A DNA stretch of 64,000 nucleotides from an uncultured Gammaproteobacteria bacterium (GCA_964425075.1 CAYRKM010000002.1:64058-128057), one strand, 5' to 3'. Shown: positions 27,643 through 37,349, counted from the first letter of the stretch. Notes: generated by a model from the letters alone, not told the origin. Numbers and translations are program-made.

Positions 27643-29013
27643 ATGCGAAATTATTTGATCTGGAGAGTGCTATTGTATCTTCGTTTTTGGGCCAAGGTTG
27701 CATTGTTTATTGGTCGACCATATGTGATTGGAATTGCTGGTTCCGTCGGAAAATCATCCACCAGAAACGCGCTTGCTGCAGTATTGAGTGAACACTTCAA
27801 AACAAAAGTGGTTGCAGGAAATTCAGAGACCGGGGTCCCCCTTGGTATTTTAGGATTGGAACTTTCAAGCTACAGCAATAAAGAGTGGCTTTCACTTATT
27901 TATAAAGCACCACGCGCTATTTTAAATCTAAGAAAAACACAATATCTTATTGTTGAAATGGGAATAGATGATCCTTATCCACCAAAAAATATGTCATATT
28001 TACTGACAATAGTAAAACCACATATGGCAATTGACCTAAACGCAACCGCAACCCATACAATGCAGTTTGAAAAACTTTTGTCGCGTCATACAAAGGACAG
28101 TTTGGAGTTTATTTTGGGCAAAATTGCAGATGAAGACAGCAAAATCATTACGAACGGATTTACAAAGGTTGGAATATATAATAAAGACGACTTAAGACTT
28201 AAGGAAAGAATTGAGAAGAAAACGACCAAGGCAAGGCTTTTAACTTTTGGGGCCGATAACTCTAGTTCTATTTATTATAAGGATTACATCCTAACGACAA
28301 AAAAAACTAAGTTTTCTTATTTGTTTACCACAGAAAAAGGGGACAAGGAAATTGAAATATCTTTTCGTGGAATGCTTTTGCCTCCAGCATCTCGCGAGAG
28401 CTTTGCTGCAGTTATGCTTGCAGGAATAGAATTAGGATTAAAGCCAATACAAATTAAAGCGTCGCTAGAAGCAAATTTCACAATTCCAAATGGACGCTCA
28501 TCATACTTAACAGGCATTAAAAATTCACTTATTATTGACTCCTCTTATAATTCTTCAAAAAGCACAGTGCTCTCATTCCTTGACATGTTAAAGCTTTTAA
28601 AAGACCGAACTCGTAGACCAATTGTATTTGTAATGGGAGATATGCGTGAACTTGGAGCCCAGGCAAAAGAAGAGCACGAAGAAATAGCACAAAAAATCCT
28701 AAATATTGTTGATGAATTACATTGCGTTGGACCTCTAACTCAAGAGTTTGTAGTTCCCATTGTAAGGAAGGGTATGGGAAAAAAGGGAAAAACTAAAAGA
28801 GTAGAGTGGTATAAAAATGCTATTCAGGCAGGACTTCATATAAAAGAAGAGTTAAAAAAGGATTCAATTATTCTTTTTAAGGGTTCTCAAAATGAAATTT
28901 TCCTTGAGGAGGCCATCAAATTTTTACTGGAAAACCCAAATGATACGAAATTTCTATGCCGCCAGGATGAATTTTGGATGAATAAAAAATCAGAATTCTT
29001 TGATTTCTCTTAG
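27643..29013 (+). CDS. murF: UDP-N-acetylmuramoyl-tripeptide--D-alanyl-D-alanine ligase
   Basis: Mur ligase P-loop GIAGSVGKSST; MurF-type C-terminal VMGDMRELG. Confidence 0.7.
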   Translation: MRNYLIWRVLLYLRFWAKVALFIGRPYVIGIAGSVGKSSTRNALAAVLSEHFKTKVVAGNSETGVPLGILGLELSSYSNKEWLSLIYKAPRAILNLRKTQYLIVEMGIDDPYPPKNMSYLLTIVKPHMAIDLNATATHTMQFEKLLSRHTKDSLEFILGKIADEDSKIITNGFTKVGIYNKDDLRLKERIEKKTTKARLLTFGADNSSSIYYKDYILTTKKTKFSYLFTTEKGDKEIEISFRGMLLPPASRESFAAVMLAGIELGLKPIQIKASLEANFTIPNGRSSYLTGIKNSLIIDSSYNSSKSTVLSFLDMLKLLKDRTRRPIVFVMGDMRELGAQAKEEHEEIAQKILNIVDELHCVGPLTQEFVVPIVRKGMGKKGKTKRVEWYKNAIQAGLHIKEELKKDSIILFKGSQNEIFLEEAIKFLLENPNDTKFLCRQDEFWMNKKSEFFDFS

Positions 29014-29028
29014 AAAATAGACGGCAAC

Positions 29029-29298
29029 TTAGCGTGTCTTAGATTTCTTTTTTCCACCCCAATTCCAGTAAGGCTTCTCGCCAGTTAAATAGCAAATTCC
29101 AATTAAAACAACACTTAGAATTATTACATTTGGAACAAAATTTATAATAGTATCAGTTACTGAATGGGAATTTGAATCAATTGAAAAAAACAACATTATT
29201 ACAACTAATACATACAAAATAATTACACTCCAGCCTTCCCAGGTAGCTGGAGTCCATCCCCAACCATATTTTTTGGCCTTAAACCATTTTTCTTTCAT
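29029..29298 (-). CDS. small membrane protein, hypothetical
   Basis: 89 aa, two TM helices, Trp-rich N-terminus. Confidence 0.3.
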   Translation of the reverse strand: MKEKWFKAKKYGWGWTPATWEGWSVIILYVLVVIMLFFSIDSNSHSVTDTIINFVPNVIILSVVLIGICYLTGEKPYWNWGGKKKSKTR

Positions 29299-29420
29299 AT
29301 ATTTATATTAACCAATACGCTTGTTGTATTCAATCTTCATGTATCCAATGAAGCTATGCCTTTAGAAAAACATCAGGCACTATTGAGGAATTTAAATTTT
29401 GCTGATAAGCTAAATTTAAG

Positions 29421-30080
29421 ATGTTAAGGCAACTAAGTGATAGAATTCTTCGACTTAGAATTAAAAGAGACGAGAAGGAAGTAAAAATAGGTTTTCTAAT
29501 TACTGGATTAATAATAATCTTACTTTTTGCAAATGTATTCTATCTAAATTTTATAGTCATCAAAACCAATTCCAAACCATCATATTCAGCCTCCAATCCA
29601 CAATTCCCCTCCCCAACAGAAACAATTCAACAAAAAACTGAATCTCTTACTCAAACCCCCACCCAAATTCCTGTGCAACAACCAAAGCAGAGTACTGAAA
29701 CCTACAATATTGTTTATAAAGACTATTATTTTAATTTGGGTTCAGGCTCCAATCAATCAAGCGACTGGGCAGACGTTCCAGGCGCAATTGCAACCTTTAA
29801 TATCGCTTCATATAAAAATATTAAAGAAGTTAGACTTGAAACGACTACGAATGTTCCAACAGCAAATGGAACAATATCTGTAAGACTTTTTAACAAAACG
29901 GATGGTTACGCGGTTTGGAATTCAGAACGTACTGTTCAAGCTGAATCTCAAGGAAGTCTTTTAATTTCCGAGAAAATTAATTACGATTATGGACCAAAAA
30001 TGTATCAAGTGCAGATGAAGTCGCAGCTTAATGTTCCTGCCACTCTAACTCAGGCTAGAGTACATGTTGTTGCAGAGTAA
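29421..30080 (+). CDS. membrane-anchored hypothetical protein
   Basis: N-terminal TM then Q/P/T-rich linker and beta-rich domain. Confidence 0.4.
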   Translation: MLRQLSDRILRLRIKRDEKEVKIGFLITGLIIILLFANVFYLNFIVIKTNSKPSYSASNPQFPSPTETIQQKTESLTQTPTQIPVQQPKQSTETYNIVYKDYYFNLGSGSNQSSDWADVPGAIATFNIASYKNIKEVRLETTTNVPTANGTISVRLFNKTDGYAVWNSERTVQAESQGSLLISEKINYDYGPKMYQVQMKSQLNVPATLTQARVHVVAE

Positions 30081-30231
30081 TGAATTTCCCGCGGGCATCT
30101 GCCCGGGGCACTTCTCTCACTGCTTCTTCGGGAGTAAAATCCCTCGAAGCAGAAAATTTCTTCGCATTCATTCTCGGACTTGCGTCCGAGGCTTTCTGCG
30201 AAGTAAGATAAAGAAATTTACAATAAAATAA

Positions 30232-31074
30232 ATGAAAATACTTTTACTAATTCTTGTTTTATTGCTAATTCCACCCTCCGTTTTTGCACATGGAGGAAAT
30301 GATACCCCCTTTGAAATAAATGGGGAAGAGGTACTAGTTAATCCTGCACAGATAACTCGAAACGACCTTTTTGATCTTCCTCCAGATAGTGATCTTGGCC
30401 CCAAAAATTATTTAGTAAATCAAACTTTAACTTTTTCTATCGATACATCAGAACTACCTTATGAAGACAAGGAAGTCCACGATGCAAATTTTATCTGGGA
30501 CTTTGGAGACGGCACTAAACTTAATAAAAAAGGGGCAACAACTTATACATATACTTACAAAAAACCTGGAACTTATAACCTCGTTGTGTATTCAGATTAC
30601 GCGGGTGACGGAAAGCAACTCGTTAAATCTGTACTTATTAACGTCATTCCAAACCTAAATTACAAGCTTCCAATTGCTAAAATCGCTATCAATGGAATTG
30701 AACTAAAAGAGAACAAATTATCGTTACCACTTGGAAAAAACAACACTTTTGATGGATTAAGCTCAAGTGCCGCCTCATCGAAAATTGTTTCATACGAATG
30801 GGATTTTGATGATGGATCAACAAGCAAAGAGAAGACAGTCACGCACAAATATAAATTACCTCAATATTCTGCTTCTGTTGCGCTCAGAGTAACCGATGAA
30901 AATGGGTTTTATTCAGACGCCGTAGTAAACCTTACAAACAATGGAAGCAACGAACCAAGCATTTTTGATAACTTGGGAATTACTAAGAAGTTATTTGCGA
31001 TAATAATCCTAGGGGTATTAAGTTCTATTTTTCTTGTATTTATTTTAAGAAAAAGGTTATTCAACAAAAGTTAA
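30232..31074 (+). CDS. secreted PKD-domain protein with C-terminal membrane anchor
   Basis: Signal peptide; two WDFGDG-type PKD motifs (FIWDFGDGT, YEWDFDDGS); C-terminal TM. Confidence 0.65.
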   Translation: MKILLLILVLLLIPPSVFAHGGNDTPFEINGEEVLVNPAQITRNDLFDLPPDSDLGPKNYLVNQTLTFSIDTSELPYEDKEVHDANFIWDFGDGTKLNKKGATTYTYTYKKPGTYNLVVYSDYAGDGKQLVKSVLINVIPNLNYKLPIAKIAINGIELKENKLSLPLGKNNTFDGLSSSAASSKIVSYEWDFDDGSTSKEKTVTHKYKLPQYSASVALRVTDENGFYSDAVVNLTNNGSNEPSIFDNLGITKKLFAIIILGVLSSIFLVFILRKRLFNKS

Positions 31075-32256
31075 AGCAACACCTTTTTTACCGGCTCTTC
31101 CAGTTCTTCCAATTCTGTGAATATAGTCCTCGTATGAAGTTGGTGCGTCGTAATTTATAACGTGAGTTACATCTTCTACATCTATTCCACGAGACACAAC
31201 GTCAGTTGCTATAAGAACTTGTAATCTATCTGTTTTGAAGTCCTCAAGAGCCCTCTGGCGCTGATTTTGTGACTTATTACCATGAATTGCTGCTACCCTA
31301 AAACCTCTATCCGCTAAAACCTTACTAAGCTTTTCCATTCCCCATTTAGTGCGTCCAAATATAAGGACTTTATCAAAACCTGGCTGAATAAGAAGATCAT
31401 GAAGAACATCAATTTTTGCTTGTCTTCCATTAATTTTTATAATGTCCTGATCGATATTTTCAGCCGTATCATTTTGCTTTACAGAAACAGTTACGGGATC
31501 ATTTACAAAACTTTGAAGAATTTCGTTTGTTTTTCCGTCAACTGTAGCTGAGAAGAATAATGATTGACGTTTTTTGGGCAAAAGAGAAATAAGATATCGA
31601 ATTTCGCGAATAAATCCTATATCAACCATTCTATCTACCTCATCGAGCACAATGTTATTAAACAAAGCCAAGTTGAGTTTTCGTCTTTCTATCAAATCCT
31701 TAAGTCTACCTGGAGTACCTATAACAAAATGGGGGCTGTGGCGTAACTCATGCATTTGGCCTTTAATGTTAACCCCACCAATTGCTGCTACGGCTTCCAA
31801 ACCGGTTCCTTTTGCAAATATTCTAAATTCATCGGCTATTTGAACGACCAATTCACGTGTTGGTGCCACAATGAGCACGCGCTGGGTTCTGTCAAGAAAA
31901 GCCTTATTGATAAGGGTTATAAGAAAAGCTGCGGTTTTGCCTGTTCCTGTGTTGGCTATGCCAATGATATCTCGACCTGAAAGTATTTCTGGAATTGCCT
32001 TTATTTGAATTGCTGTTGGGGTGGTGTATCCGTGATCTGCAATATTTCTCTTTAATTTTTCGTCAATAGCATAATCATTGAACGAAACAGAACTATCTAC
32101 TATTTCCAAGGGTTGTGTAACTTCAGTATTTGCTTTTCTTATGAAAAGCTTTGGATCAAGTTTTTTTCCCATTCCACGACCACCACCACGTCCATTAAAT
32201 GGAGTAGGGCGACCATTATGCCTGCTATGTCCGTTATTGTTTCTTTGTTTATACAT
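31057..32256 (-). CDS. DEAD-box ATP-dependent RNA helicase with N-terminal RG-rich region
   Basis: Q-motif, Walker A GTGKT, DEVD, SAT, HRIGRTGR. Confidence 0.85.
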   Translation of the reverse strand: MYKQRNNNGHSRHNGRPTPFNGRGGGRGMGKKLDPKLFIRKANTEVTQPLEIVDSSVSFNDYAIDEKLKRNIADHGYTTPTAIQIKAIPEILSGRDIIGIANTGTGKTAAFLITLINKAFLDRTQRVLIVAPTRELVVQIADEFRIFAKGTGLEAVAAIGGVNIKGQMHELRHSPHFVIGTPGRLKDLIERRKLNLALFNNIVLDEVDRMVDIGFIREIRYLISLLPKKRQSLFFSATVDGKTNEILQSFVNDPVTVSVKQNDTAENIDQDIIKINGRQAKIDVLHDLLIQPGFDKVLIFGRTKWGMEKLSKVLADRGFRVAAIHGNKSQNQRQRALEDFKTDRLQVLIATDVVSRGIDVEDVTHVINYDAPTSYEDYIHRIGRTGRAGKKGVALTFVE

Positions 32257-32475
32257 ATTATTAGTTTATCTTTATAATACACAAATACGTCTGCTCCAAA
32301 ATGAAATCGTTAGAATGATAGATGATACAAGTGGAAAATGAGGTATCTTTTATCTTTTCAAAAACTAATCATCGAAAGCAGAAGTACTTATGTACTATCT
32401 GCGACTAAATGAATTATACCATAACAAAACCATCAAATCAAACTATAGGGTAATTTTTGGCTGAATTTAGCCTAG

Positions 32476-32661
32476 TTATTTCGATTTTTCTGGCAGGTAC
32501 CAAAGGAGAAATCCGCCAACCAAGAGAATTGATGAAACAATACGGCCGTCCCCAGCTGTTACATCAAATGAAGGTGCAAAAAGAAATCCATTCCAATGAG
32601 GGAAAAACCAAATAATTCCGCTCAAGACAAACAATAATATTGAATTATTCCTTTTGTTCAT
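32476..32661 (-). CDS. small membrane protein, hypothetical
   Basis: 61 aa, two hydrophobic helices. Confidence 0.25.
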   Translation of the reverse strand: MNKRNNSILLFVLSGIIWFFPHWNGFLFAPSFDVTAGDGRIVSSILLVGGFLLWYLPEKSK

Positions 32662-32688
32662 GAAGAGATTATAGCACGGCCTTAATAG

Positions 32689-33141
32689 CTACATCGAAAG
32701 TCTTTCAATTGAGGTCTGGTTATCTGAGAAGAATAGTTTTGTTGAAGGTTGAATTCTTAATTTTTTCAATTCATTAAGCCCAAAAAACTGCAATATGCGT
32801 CCTTCAGCTCTTTGCATGTTATTAACATGCTTATCGCTTAATCTTGCATGGAATAAATATTGGACTACGTCATTATGAACGACACTTGAAAGGAAAGTAA
32901 CTCTATCTAGTTTTATTTTAGTTTCACGCTCAACCTCTTGAAGAATTGTTTTTTCAGCCGATGTATCTTTAAGCTTGAATTTTTTAATAAAATGCCACGC
33001 ATCACTATTTTGTGGCTCAAGGATATTTTCTTGCTGCAAAAGAAGAACTTTACCCTTATATGTAAGAAGAATGAGGCATAAGCCTATTGTGGATGACACT
33101 AAAGATAGTATAGCACTGTGGGAGACTAAAAATTTGAGCAA
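32689..33141 (-). CDS. hypothetical protein with N-terminal TM
   Basis: 150-aa ORF. Confidence 0.3.
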   Translation of the reverse strand: MLKFLVSHSAILSLVSSTIGLCLILLTYKGKVLLLQQENILEPQNSDAWHFIKKFKLKDTSAEKTILQEVERETKIKLDRVTFLSSVVHNDVVQYLFHARLSDKHVNNMQRAEGRILQFFGLNELKKLRIQPSTKLFFSDNQTSIERLSM

Positions 33142-33210
33142 TCTGGACTGAGCTGCTTTAGTATTTTTGCTTTCCTTGTCTCCATTTTAAAAGACTCTTC
33201 CTAATTAACT

Positions 33211-34050
33211 CTAATACATACCACTGACATCACAATTTGTACCAGAAATGGGGGAACTGGTATTCCCTAAGAGCGAAAGGAATTCTGATCGAATTGGTTG
33301 GACAAATTGGTCATATGGACATACAGCTTGCTTGTCTACAAAAATACCAAAGTCAAAGTTGTGTGCGGAAGGAGTACCCGTAGTTGTTCCAATTTGTTGA
33401 CCAGCTTTTACATATATATTGTTTTTTGGTCTTGCATCCCTATCATCAAAGCCGGATCCGGGTTTTAACTCAAGTGGTTCAGATATTGGCTTTTGAGATG
33501 TGATCTCGTCAATTGGATCCGTAATATGGTTTATTCGATACATCGTATGGCAATCCACGAAGAAAACAAGGTCATAATCTGGTTTTGACAAATCTGATGA
33601 TAAATCTGCTCGCGTTTTATAAAAAATTTGTACTAACACCCCATCTGCTGGAGCAAATACTGGTATGCTTTGCCTATTTTTTATCCAAAGGTAAGTAAAG
33701 CGTGCGTCTCCAACCAACTTCCCTGGAGAGATAACGCGAATTGAGCTTGCAGTAGTAACTGCCGAAGTGAATGCACCATTCGCAGTGGATCGTGGCGCAT
33801 CAATTATTCCATAATCTGTTGAACAAGTATTCTGACTACTATCCGAATCATTTGAGGTTCCATATTTACCATCCTGGTTAGCTTTATTTTGATTATTTAC
33901 CTGTTTGTAAATATTGTTATACAGCGCCCCTCCAACCAATACCAAAACTACTATTCCTAAAGCAACAAATAAGAGTTTCCTATTCATTTTTATATATTTT
34001 TTTTCAAGTTTTAGTATTACATCCTCCCAAAAAATAATCAATATGTACAA
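33211..34050 (-). CDS. secreted/anchored hypothetical protein
   Basis: N-terminal TM (LLFVALGIVVLVLVGGALY), Ser/Thr-rich linker, globular C-terminal domain. Confidence 0.4.
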   Translation of the reverse strand: MYILIIFWEDVILKLEKKYIKMNRKLLFVALGIVVLVLVGGALYNNIYKQVNNQNKANQDGKYGTSNDSDSSQNTCSTDYGIIDAPRSTANGAFTSAVTTASSIRVISPGKLVGDARFTYLWIKNRQSIPVFAPADGVLVQIFYKTRADLSSDLSKPDYDLVFFVDCHTMYRINHITDPIDEITSQKPISEPLELKPGSGFDDRDARPKNNIYVKAGQQIGTTTGTPSAHNFDFGIFVDKQAVCPYDQFVQPIRSEFLSLLGNTSSPISGTNCDVSGMY

Positions 34051-34128
34051 GGCTAGCGGTTAGAATTAAACAGAGCTTAAGGTGTTTTCAAAGAATTGTC
34101 GAGGCTAAAATAAGAGCAAAAACCCTTG

Positions 34129-34199
34129 CTGCCGGTCCTGGATTCGAACCAGAATAAACGGATCCAAAGTCCGTTGTCCTACCGTTAGACGAACCGGCA
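34129..34199 (-). tRNA. tRNA-Gln (TTG)
   Basis: Reverse complement has U1-A72, anticodon stem acgga/tccgt, loop CTTTGGA, T-loop TTCGAAT. Confidence 0.8.
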
Positions 34200-34345
34200 A
34201 AAAATAAACTCGGGCAAATCACTTCACCAGAGCCTACCAATTATATACCTGTTTTGGGATATTTTCACCTTTTGCAAAGCAAAATCGAAATCTTTTTAAG
34301 ACAAAAGTCGTGCTCTTTTTGAAGGAAAAGTTCTATGACTAAGAA

Positions 34346-34786
34346 TTATTCGCGAGTATACAAACCCAATAGTTCGGCTTTATCGATTACATGATGCTCC
34401 ATCATCTCTTCCAATTCCTGCCTAGTGATATCCTCATTTGCATCAAGCATTGTGTTAAGAGCATAAAGTCTGAAAAAATACCTATGTGGACCAGTTGGAG
34501 GACAGGGACCCCCATATCCAGCATGTCCAAAATCAGTTACGCCCTCAACACTGTCTTCAGGAACAGAATCCTCCCCAATTCCTCGGGTATGCGGATCTAT
34601 ATTAAAAACAACCCAATGAACCCAAACTTTACCAGGAGCATCAGGATCATCAACTATAAGAACAAGACTTTGGGCATCTTCTGGTACATCCTGAAACACT
34701 AACGGAGGATTTATGTCCTCTCCATCGCATGTATATTGAGTTGGAATGTTTTGGTTATGTGTAAAAGCTGGACTTGTTATTCTCAC
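34346..34786 (-). CDS. YbhB/YbcL-family PEBP (Raf-kinase-inhibitor-like) protein
   Basis: Motifs DAPGK.WVHWVVFNI and GYGGPCPPTGPHRYFF. Confidence 0.75.
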   Translation of the reverse strand: MRITSPAFTHNQNIPTQYTCDGEDINPPLVFQDVPEDAQSLVLIVDDPDAPGKVWVHWVVFNIDPHTRGIGEDSVPEDSVEGVTDFGHAGYGGPCPPTGPHRYFFRLYALNTMLDANEDITRQELEEMMEHHVIDKAELLGLYTRE

Positions 34787-34853
34787 ATATTAACTCTACC
34801 AAAAGAGTTAAATAGACACAATAATATAATTTTGGTAGAATATGTAACACGTT

Positions 34854-34937
34854 TGGGCTTGTGCTGAAATTGGTATACAGGCATGCTTGAGGTGCATGTG
34901 TCAGTAATGGCGTGGAGGTTCGAGTCCTCTCAGGCCC
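34854..34937 (+). tRNA. tRNA-Leu (GAG)
   Basis: Anticodon stem catgc/gcatg, loop TTGAGGT, long variable arm, T-loop TTCGAGT. Confidence 0.85.
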
Positions 34938-35088
34938 ACACAGAAAGGTTTGGATAGGACTCGGATTTTGTCAAAGAGTCCTCTCAGGCCCACTTCGTCC
35001 GCCTACCGGCGGACTCAGTGCGGGCACTTTTATAAATATAGAATAGGTTTTCCTTTTTGGGCTTGTCCTGAGAAGGCAAAGCCGACGA

Positions 35089-35161
35089 AGGGCGATTAGC
35101 TCAGTTGGTAGAGCGCTTCGTTTACACCGAAGATGTCAGGGGTTCGAGCCCTCTATCGCCC
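35089..35161 (+). tRNA. tRNA-Val (TAC)
   Basis: Acceptor gggcgat/atcgccc, anticodon stem cttcg/cgaag, loop TTTACAC. Confidence 0.85.
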
Positions 35162-35185
35162 ACAAAGATATGACCAAGTGAGATT

Positions 35186-35258
35186 TGCCAAGATTGCCAA
35201 GTTGGTCAAGGCGCGTGTCTGAAGAACACGTTATCCGGGTTCGATTCCTGGTCTTGGC
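35186..35258 (+). tRNA. tRNA-Phe (GAA)
   Basis: Acceptor gccaaga/tcttggc, anticodon stem cgtgt/acacg, loop CTGAAGA. Confidence 0.85.
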
Positions 35259-35264
35259 ACAAAA

Positions 35265-35519
35265 ATGCAATATTTTGTGTACATTCTTGAATGCAGTGAT
35301 GGTTCGCTTTATACAGGCTATACAACTGATATAGAGCGAAGGGTGAAAGAGCACAACAAAGGAAAGAGCGGAGCTAAGTCTGTACGAGGGAAATTACCTG
35401 CCGAATTAGTTTACTCCGAAACCTTTGTAACTCTTTCAGAGGCATTGAAACGAGAAGCTGAAATCAAAAGTTGGAAGAGATACGAAAAACAAATGTTAAT
35501 AGCGACGAAGCGGGCGTAA
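35265..35519 (+). CDS. GIY-YIG nuclease-superfamily small protein (UPF0213/YhbQ-like)
   Basis: YFVYILECSDGSLYTGYTTDIERRVKEHN is a GIY-YIG core. Wedged between tRNA-Phe and tRNA-Gly. Confidence 0.75.
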   Translation: MQYFVYILECSDGSLYTGYTTDIERRVKEHNKGKSGAKSVRGKLPAELVYSETFVTLSEALKREAEIKSWKRYEKQMLIATKRA

Positions 35520-35567
35520 GAACCTTTCAATTTCATTGAAAGAACCTTGACCCCGCTCACTACGTTC

Positions 35568-35639
35568 GCGGGGGTAGTTCAGTGGTAGAACGCTTCCTTG
35601 CCAAGGAAGAGGTCGCCGGTTCGAATCCGGTTCCCCGCT
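35568..35639 (+). tRNA. tRNA-Gly (GCC)
   Basis: Acceptor gcggggg/tccccgc, anticodon stem cttcc/ggaag, loop TTGCCAA, T-loop TTCGAAT. Confidence 0.9.
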
Positions 35640-35668
35640 CATAAACGATTTCTTTAGTACCTCAAAAC

Positions 35669-36076
35669 CTACATTGCAGCCAAAACTGCACCCATCAAAA
35701 CCAATGTTACCAATTGATAACTTGCATTTATCCAATACAAATTCAATGATTTTCCCTCATAAAGAACTGAGCTAATCATGATTGTTGCAACAAATCCAAG
35801 CCACACCCAAAATCCAACTATAGCACCGCTCATTATGTCCATTGCACCCGCAAATGAAATAATGTTTGAGAGAACATAGGCAGTAATTATAGAGGCAACA
35901 GCTTGTACTCCATAAATCATTGGCATATTAGTCTTTGAACCATTCATTTTTTTTCGACTTATACCAGTTAACTTCATCCATTGTTTACCAAATCCAGCTG
36001 GAGAGTACCAAAAAGTTCCAAGCGCCATAGCAATCACTGCAGAAATAATAACAGCAACCCAATTTGTGTCCATCAT
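35669..36076 (-). CDS. DUF1761-family membrane protein
   Basis: 135 aa, 4 TM, N-terminal WVAVIISAVIAMALGTFWYSP. Confidence 0.5.
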   Translation of the reverse strand: MMDTNWVAVIISAVIAMALGTFWYSPAGFGKQWMKLTGISRKKMNGSKTNMPMIYGVQAVASIITAYVLSNIISFAGAMDIMSGAIVGFWVWLGFVATIMISSVLYEGKSLNLYWINASYQLVTLVLMGAVLAAM

Positions 36077-36207
36077 ATAACTTCACCTCCCCTCACATTT
36101 CAGATACTTTTAAAGTATCACCATAAGAGTTATGAAGTCAAATGCCTAAAACATGAGTAGATACTTCAATTTATGTTAAAAAACAATAACTCTGATATAA
36201 TGCTGCA

Positions 36208-36699
36208 ATGACTGAATTTGACCCTAAAAGAACTGGACCTGACCAAACTCCGCACTCACTTACACCAGAAAAGGTGAAAAGACTATTACCTCAAGGCGAT
36301 AGATTTAGATTTGTGAGTGAAGTTTTAGAGTATGAACCAGGGAAGCGGATCCTTGCAAGATTGGCAGATTTGGAAGGGCCTGAATTTGACTACCTAAAGG
36401 ATCACATGCCCGGAAACCCATTTATTCCAGGAACCATTCTCCAAGAAGCACTGGAACAAGCAGGAAGTTTGATTATAGCTGACTCTATTCCAGAAAATAG
36501 TTTTGCATTTCTCCGAGGAATTGATAAGTTTAGATGGTATGGATTTGTTGGGCTCGATGAGGAAGTGCTACTTGAAGCCAAAATAATCACGTTGAGATCC
36601 AATGCCGGGAAGGCTTCGCTAACAGCAACGAGGAGTGGTGAAATTGTGGCTTCAGGGCGAGTAATATTTGGTATTGGAGAAAAACCTCAGCTTGCTTAA
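36208..36699 (+). CDS. fabZ: 3-hydroxyacyl-ACP dehydratase (hotdog fold), FabZ-like
   Basis: Active-site region HMPGNPFIPGTILQEALEQAG matches FabZ/FabA HxPGxPxxPG signature. Confidence 0.6.
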   Translation: MTEFDPKRTGPDQTPHSLTPEKVKRLLPQGDRFRFVSEVLEYEPGKRILARLADLEGPEFDYLKDHMPGNPFIPGTILQEALEQAGSLIIADSIPENSFAFLRGIDKFRWYGFVGLDEEVLLEAKIITLRSNAGKASLTATRSGEIVASGRVIFGIGEKPQLA

Positions 36700-36804
36700 G
36701 ACTTTTTTTAACATATTTGACCTTAAGTCTTCTAGACTGAGATTTTCAACAAAATCTTGCTACATAATTTTTTTCTAAGGATTAAAAATAAAGCCTATAA
36801 TACT

Positions 36805-36832
36805 TGACATTTTGAACATCTCGTGCTAATAT
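36805..36832 (+). promoter_or_regulatory. sigma-70-type promoter for the structured RNA: TTGACA-16-TAATAT
   Basis: ttgaca at 36805-36810, 16-nt spacer, taatat at 36827-36832. Confidence 0.55.
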
Positions 36833-36839
36833 GCGCCTA

Positions 36840-37312
36840 TTCTGACTGATGGAAGTTTGAAGTGGTCAGCACTTATGTGTCTGAGCAGGGAGAACCTCCA
36901 AAGGTCTAGGAAGGACGGTTCGTTGAAACAGGTGGATAGCTAGCCGGCTTCGGCCGGATCCGGTGAAGGACCGGAAATGCAGCATGCTTGTGGAAGTCGG
37001 TCCCGGAAGGGATGACAACCACGCAGCCCGGGTGAAACCGGGTACGGAAAGGAGCAAGCCACATATGCTTGCGACCAGCACCGGACGGATGCTAAAGTTC
37101 GACGCGATCGACACCGCCGACCCGAACGACGTCATCGTCGGCTACTCGCCCACCCCGGATGGGGTCAACGGCACGTAGCTCGCCGCGACCGTCCCGAACG
37201 CTGCTAGACCGCTAGCCTAGAGAGGGAAACCTTTCTTTGCTAGCCAAAGCTAGCGCCACGTTCACCGCCCCCCGTCTTGGCACTGCCAAGTCGGGGGGCA
37301 ACTCTTTTCCTC
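36840..37312 (+). ncRNA. GC-rich structured ncRNA (~470 nt), identity unresolved; SRP RNA-like or RNase P RNA are candidates
   Basis: Sharp local GC rise with many nested helices. Contains a GGAA tetraloop hairpin (gucccGGAAgggau) and GGGUGAAAC. Consensus promoter upstream; GC hairpin plus T-run terminator at the 3' end. Confidence 0.45.
37267..37312 (+). terminator. intrinsic terminator of the structured RNA
   Basis: gccccccg-loop-cggggggc followed by aactcttttcctctcc. Confidence 0.7.
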
Positions 37313-37349
37313 TCCAAAAAAAATTCTTGAGAAATTAAATTAGAGACAA

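Noticed and set aside
30168-30404. 78-aa minus-strand ORF between the 29421 gene and the PKD gene
   Set aside because: It overlaps a terminator-like hairpin (ctgcttc…gaagcag) and the start of the well-supported PKD gene on the other strand. No SD.
36963-37178. 71-aa ORF inside the GC-rich region
   Set aside because: It lies within a promoter-to-terminator RNA unit with dense secondary structure. The GC-biased frame has no SD and its composition is unlike neighbouring genes. It was treated as a by-product of the structured RNA.
36840-37312. tmRNA identity for the structured RNA
   Set aside because: There is no tRNA-Ala-like acceptor/T-arm at the ends (no GGGG…UUCGA…CCACCA framing), and no tag-peptide ORF ending in a hydrophobic AA-stop.
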